This document shows positions 35,343-40,000 of a stretch of DNA of 40,000 nucleotides, piece by piece (position 1 is the first letter of the stretch; every line of letters begins with the position of its first letter). The stretch comes from Shewanella phage FishSpeaker, in sequence record OP589283.1; one strand, 5' to 3'. Below the pieces are notes generated by a model. That model did no database searches, had not been told where the DNA came from, and saw only the letters and a program-made list of their open reading frames with translations. The position numbers were made by a program, and so were the translations under genes.

Positions 35343-37469
35343 ATGAAGATAAAACCCACGGTAAATAATTTGCATCCTGCAACACAAGGTGTGAATTCGA
35401 ATTTATCCGGCGACAACTCTCAGAAATCAGCAGGTCGTAGTTACATGGCAGGCAACATGATTCCTAAAAGTGTTGTTTGTACAGGTAATGACGAACCTTT
35501 AATCATTTCAGGCTTTGAACCACAATACGGTAAATTCACTCGTTCTATTAAAGCGCCAAGTAATATGACGGTGGAAGCAATTTTTTATGTAGGAGATGCT
35601 GAGAACGGTAGAGATGAAATGGGGGAATGGGAAACCATTTACGTCATCTTTAAGAATGAGGAATTAAACAAATACGATATTTTGTATTTGTACAAATATC
35701 ATTCTCAGAACTCTTACATTGCTTGGGAATATATTTACGACAAAGAAATGATGCGTCGTCTTAAAGTGGGTGCAACTTATCGCAAGGGAGAAGTATTTGC
35801 GAGAAGCCCACGCGTTACCAAAGACGGTAGCTGGCATTTTGCAACTAAGACGTTAGCTGCTGCGATGTCTTCTCACATGACAGAAGAAGACGGTATTGTC
35901 GTTTATGAACATTACGCCCGTGAGAAATTAGGCTGTACATTTAAACACGAACGTAAATTTGGTTGGAAGGATGACGAATACATTCCAGTAATGTGTTATG
36001 GTACTCCTGAAAATCCTCGTCCATTCCCTGAACGTGGTGAACGTGTTCGTTCTGACGGTGTTGTTATGGCATTCCGTAAACGCACTCCTGGTATGGCGTT
36101 ATCAACACTCACTAAGAAAGCATTACGGGAAGTTGATTACAATAACGATTTGTTATTCAGGGTAAACAGCTTAGACTGTGAAGTGGTGAGTATTGAAGTA
36201 TTGAGCGACCGTATTAAGAATTCGGCTAATAATCGTCGAAACGAATACATCGAACAAGACCATACCAAAATTTTGAGTATGTATGAACGCCAAGCGAATA
36301 ATTTCAATTTAGAGATTATTTATTGGTACGAAGAAAAGTTAAGACGGAGTAGTGGTGAAGTAGACATCACTCACGACTTAAACCGATTCATTGTTTATGC
36401 GTATCAAAATTACACCAATGACCCAAACAAACGGGGTGAAGGAGGAGTTAACAAACTTCGTCGTCGCATCAAGTTAACACCGATTGAAGATTGGTATGTT
36501 CACATTACGTTGCGTGAACGTGTTAAAGGTAAAGTCAGATTTAAACTGTCGGGCTTGAACGGGGACAAGGGTATCATTGTACAAATTCGTCCATCCGAAG
36601 AAGCACCTACTTATTCAGATGGTACTCGTGCGGATATTTGTATTAACAACACACCTGCATTCCGTCGTCAGATTTACAGTATGTTGGTAACATCAGCGAT
36701 TAATTTCATTAACATGAAGGAACACAAGATTGTCATTGGGTTATACCAACAAGACAAGATTGAAGAAGCCTATGAACATTTGATTACGTTCTATGAAACG
36801 GTTTCTCCTGAGTTTGCTGCAATTTGTCGTAATGTTCATTGCACTGACGAATACAAACGTGAGCACGTTGAACATGTAGCGAATAACTTTATTCAGGTTC
36901 AGATTCGCAGTGACTCAGAATTTCATGGTGCAGGTATTGTTCGTCGTTTGATGAAACAATATAGTCATAAACCAGAACAAGTTACGTTTGTTAACTCATT
37001 GGGTGAACGAGTTAAGTCAGAATACCCGATCATGATTACCAACTTGTATTATCTTTTGTTAGATAAGTTTGGTAATGATGCAAGTAGTCTGGCACTTCCA
37101 AAGCGCAACATCTTTGGATACCCAAGTAACTTAAATGAGTCTGACAAATATGCCGGTTTTCAAAGGGAGGTGTTAAACCGCAATATGGGTGAAGCTGAAG
37201 CAACACTTCAGTACACTCAGCGTGGGCCTGAAGAAGTGGTGAAACAGTTGGCATTAGGATATTCAGCAGAATGTCAAACCAAAGTTGTTAAATCGCTGAT
37301 TCGAGCCGATGATCCTTTTGATATCGATCGTATACTTAAACGGGAGGATTTCCTTTCAAACAGTGCTGTGCAAATGGCAAAAGGAATGTTGAGTGACCAA
37401 GGTTATCGTTTACGTCATAAAACATCCAAAGACGCATATGTTCCCCCCATTGACATTAACTTAGAATAA
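35343..37469 (+). CDS. RNA polymerase beta subunit, C-terminal part
   Basis: MTEEDGIVVYEHYAREKLG resembles beta EDAIVISE region; LKVGATYRKGEVFARSP and LSGLNGDKGII resemble beta motifs; start after AAGGAAA RBS. Confidence 0.7.
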   Translation: MKIKPTVNNLHPATQGVNSNLSGDNSQKSAGRSYMAGNMIPKSVVCTGNDEPLIISGFEPQYGKFTRSIKAPSNMTVEAIFYVGDAENGRDEMGEWETIYVIFKNEELNKYDILYLYKYHSQNSYIAWEYIYDKEMMRRLKVGATYRKGEVFARSPRVTKDGSWHFATKTLAAAMSSHMTEEDGIVVYEHYAREKLGCTFKHERKFGWKDDEYIPVMCYGTPENPRPFPERGERVRSDGVVMAFRKRTPGMALSTLTKKALREVDYNNDLLFRVNSLDCEVVSIEVLSDRIKNSANNRRNEYIEQDHTKILSMYERQANNFNLEIIYWYEEKLRRSSGEVDITHDLNRFIVYAYQNYTNDPNKRGEGGVNKLRRRIKLTPIEDWYVHITLRERVKGKVRFKLSGLNGDKGIIVQIRPSEEAPTYSDGTRADICINNTPAFRRQIYSMLVTSAINFINMKEHKIVIGLYQQDKIEEAYEHLITFYETVSPEFAAICRNVHCTDEYKREHVEHVANNFIQVQIRSDSEFHGAGIVRRLMKQYSHKPEQVTFVNSLGERVKSEYPIMITNLYYLLLDKFGNDASSLALPKRNIFGYPSNLNESDKYAGFQREVLNRNMGEAEATLQYTQRGPEEVVKQLALGYSAECQTKVVKSLIRADDPFDIDRILKREDFLSNSAVQMAKGMLSDQGYRLRHKTSKDAYVPPIDINLE

Positions 37470-37472
37470 GGA

Positions 37473-39488
37473 TTGAGTATGTTTGAGGAATTAGCATTTT
37501 CATTACGGGAATTTGCCGAATTACCAGAAAGCAAAATTCTCCTCTGGCGAGGACTTCGATTACCTTGTCTAGTGACTGACGATGCGGGGGAAACACTTCA
37601 CACCGACACATATGAAATGATGTTGAGTTGGTATGGTTTATCTGTCCACCGTGAAATGGAAAAGATGCAATCATTCCCCTACTTAATCAATGAAATCATC
37701 CAATGTGAGTTTTACAATAACAATACTTTAAAGCAACCTATCGATAATTACTTAAAGCGGTTTATGCCGTTTAATCAACATCCTGTTATCGTAGACCGTA
37801 TTAAGATTTTAGTTTGGGTTTGGCAAAACAAATTCAATAACTTCTTAACGGTCTTTACGGAGCGGTATGCAATTAGCGCTAGGGCGGAAGATATTGTTGA
37901 GTTGGTGGATTCTGAATTTATTCAGGATTTACGTCAACGCATCATCTTTGGTGAAATCACGATTAACGAAGGTGAAACAGAATTCAGCACTTGGATTCTG
38001 AAAGACGAAGAATACGAACATAACAACTTTGTTATGTTAAGTCGTGTTGGCGGTGTGTCTATTAACCAAGGGTATCAAACAATTGTGATGCGGGGCGCGG
38101 TGTTCGATTTGAATAACCGCATTTTACCTAATCCTATTTTTGATAGTTACTCAGAGGGTATCGTTGACCATGCCGATAGCTTAGGGGAAAGTCGGGGTTC
38201 TGGTAAAGCGCTGTTAAGTAACGGCGCTGCATTACAAAACTCTGAATGGTTCCACCGTAAAGGCCGTCTATTTGCTTCTGTGGTGCACGGTATTAGTCAC
38301 GAACAAGATTGTGGTTCTACTGTATTAGTTCCGTTTAAAGTCACGTCGTATGACTTGTTATTGGCTTTACAAGGCAAGTACATTAAACTGAATCCCGAAG
38401 ACGAGGTATTGACATTAGCAACACCTGAATACTTGAAGTCACTAACGTTACCTATTACGTTATGGGCAAGAGATTCCGCGTTCTGTTTAAGTCATGACCC
38501 TGCTCAACCATGCCCAACGTGTTATGGTGCAATGGTAACGGGTATTCCGTATAACGTAATTACTAAGCGTTACGCTAACGTAGGGGGTTGGTCAGCAACA
38601 GCGATTATTAAAGATATCGGGCAAGGGTTATTATCAATTAAACACTTCTTGCGTAACACTGTTACTGTGCCTTTTGTGGTAAACCCTCGTGATGTCAAAG
38701 TGATTTCGTCTAACAAGCATGAAATCTTTTTGAAGAAAGAGTTGGTGGACCCAGGTACGGAACTCATTCTAGATGCTAAGTTGATTAAAGAGTTATCTGA
38801 CATGCGTGGTTTAGATAGCTTAGAAAACGTAAGTGACGATAAACTCAGTTACTTCACTGAAGTCACTTTACGTTACTTAATCGACGATCCAATGAATGAC
38901 GGTAAAGCAGTGGTGCAACAACCTGTTAACGTCAGTGTGTCTAACCGTAAAGCGATCATGACATCTGATATGTTGGACTATGTGTTGCGTGTAGGTTGGG
39001 AACAGCGTGATAAGAAATTCATTTCGGTGAGTTTATCGGAATGGAACTTCTTGTTACCTATGTTCAAGTTAACGAACACTCATGAAGATTTGGACTATTT
39101 ACGTAAAGAAGTCGAAAACTTTATGAAGTTCAGTAACCGAAACAGCAAGTGGTTATCTCAACCTGTAACACCAGAGTTATTTGGTGAAACAGTGACCGAG
39201 CTTTGGAAGTTAATTAATACCAAGTTTAAAGGTCACAACATTATCCATACCAGCACGTTGTTGTATTCGTTATTGTCTACTGACCCTGAAAATGGGTGTT
39301 ACAGTATCATGAATGGTCACGGAACAAAATACTTCTCGAGTTATGAGCGTAATTTGTTTAACCGTGGTGCTGGCACAGCGTTCTTGTTTAATGACCCACA
39401 GAAACTGTTGAATACACCAGAGTGGTTCTTAGTTAAAGACCGTATGAATGGTCCTTCTGAAGCCTACTGGCAACATGCGGTAAGTTAA
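37473..39488 (+). CDS. RNA polymerase beta' subunit, C-terminal part
   Basis: SLGESRGSGKALLSNGAALQN (bridge helix/trigger loop region), CLSHDPAQPCPTCYG (beta' Cys cluster), VGGWSATAIIKDIGQGLLSIKHF (cf. [21 protein letters not shown]). Confidence 0.75.
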   Translation: MSMFEELAFSLREFAELPESKILLWRGLRLPCLVTDDAGETLHTDTYEMMLSWYGLSVHREMEKMQSFPYLINEIIQCEFYNNNTLKQPIDNYLKRFMPFNQHPVIVDRIKILVWVWQNKFNNFLTVFTERYAISARAEDIVELVDSEFIQDLRQRIIFGEITINEGETEFSTWILKDEEYEHNNFVMLSRVGGVSINQGYQTIVMRGAVFDLNNRILPNPIFDSYSEGIVDHADSLGESRGSGKALLSNGAALQNSEWFHRKGRLFASVVHGISHEQDCGSTVLVPFKVTSYDLLLALQGKYIKLNPEDEVLTLATPEYLKSLTLPITLWARDSAFCLSHDPAQPCPTCYGAMVTGIPYNVITKRYANVGGWSATAIIKDIGQGLLSIKHFLRNTVTVPFVVNPRDVKVISSNKHEIFLKKELVDPGTELILDAKLIKELSDMRGLDSLENVSDDKLSYFTEVTLRYLIDDPMNDGKAVVQQPVNVSVSNRKAIMTSDMLDYVLRVGWEQRDKKFISVSLSEWNFLLPMFKLTNTHEDLDYLRKEVENFMKFSNRNSKWLSQPVTPELFGETVTELWKLINTKFKGHNIIHTSTLLYSLLSTDPENGCYSIMNGHGTKYFSSYERNLFNRGAGTAFLFNDPQKLLNTPEWFLVKDRMNGPSEAYWQHAVS

Positions 39489-39504
39489 TTATTTACATTG
39501 TAAA

Positions 39505-39531
39505 CTGTTAGGGGTTGTTAACCCCTAACAG
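39505..39531 (+). terminator. hairpin terminator-like
   Basis: CTGTTAGGGGTT GTT AACCCCTAACAG. Confidence 0.65.
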
Positions 39532-39544
39532 TAGGGAGCTTATA

Positions 39545-40000
39545 ATGCCTATTTTACCAGATGAAGCGATTAAACTAAAACACGAAGAGTTTGATTTCTC
39601 TTCTTTGAGTGCTTTGATAGAGGATATCAGAGAAAAGCGTAAAAAGCTTTTAATCAAAAAATATATATTAGATAAAATAACCCAAATGGTCAATGAAGAA
39701 CCAGACCATTGGGTTCTTGTTATCCGACTGCTTGGTGAAAATTCTTCAAATAAAGTGCAGGGAAGTATTAAAATTCTGCAAGAAGATTCCCCTTACGGTT
39801 TCGTTAATGTACACGTTAGCAAAGATGGTATTTTTGTTAATACCCCTTATGATAACAGCACTCTCGTTTCTGAATTGCTAAAGAATAAAACCGTTGAAAA
39901 AATGGTTAAGAGTATTATGTTTCTTTACGGTGTTTTTATGGCGCTGAGTCTAAGTGTTGGTTGTAAGTTTATTTGTGATATTGACAATCACACAATCGAC
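39545..40000 (+). CDS. hypothetical protein, truncated by window end
   Basis: Open frame MPILPDEAIKLKHEEF... to the edge, AGGGAG RBS. Confidence 0.7.
   Translation, partial: MPILPDEAIKLKHEEFDFSSLSALIEDIREKRKKLLIKKYILDKITQMVNEEPDHWVLVIRLLGENSSNKVQGSIKILQEDSPYGFVNVHVSKDGIFVNTPYDNSTLVSELLKNKTVEKMVKSIMFLYGVFMALSLSVGCKFICDIDNHTID

Noticed and set aside
1-40000. CRISPR arrays, tRNAs, rRNA, transposases/IS ends, retron or DGR template repeats
   Set aside because: No regularly spaced repeats, cloverleafs, transposase motifs or reverse transcriptase motifs were seen on reading both strands

Overview
This window is a dense, mostly + strand stretch of a jumbo-phage genome of the phiKZ-like, probably nucleus-forming type. 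A Vibrio-like gammaproteobacterial host is inferred only. Anchors are split multi-subunit RNA polymerase genes (beta' N-part, beta C-part, beta' C-part), the C-terminal half of a family B DNA polymerase, a tubulin/FtsZ-fold GTPase, thymidylate synthase, thymidylate kinase, a HAD 5'(3')-deoxynucleotidase, an SbcD/Mre11-like nuclease, an SSB-like protein and a 671-aa protein whose position suggests the phage-nucleus shell protein. Main observations: (1) a roughly 570-nt ORF-poor locus (about 9.95-10.53 kb) packed with perfect or near-perfect stems and ending in an intrinsic terminator, a candidate large ornate ncRNA; (2) an ORF-less ~395-nt group I intron that splits the RNAP beta' gene inside the catalytic NxDFDGD motif, with P1, P10 and P7 visible; (3) at least four insulated single-gene cassettes (terminator, shared promoter motif, 5' hairpin, one ORF, terminator), one carrying only a 31-aa membrane peptide; (4) a duplicated kinase/promoter/glycine-zipper module in which the second kinase has lost its P-loop, plus a HAD nucleotidase followed by a paralog lacking the catalytic DxDG; (5) two tandem proteasome-beta/HslV-like Ntn-hydrolase paralogs (Ser2 and Thr2) next to the tubulin-like gene. 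No CRISPR array, rRNA or convincing tRNA was seen. All family assignments come from reading motifs by eye; no database search was run.
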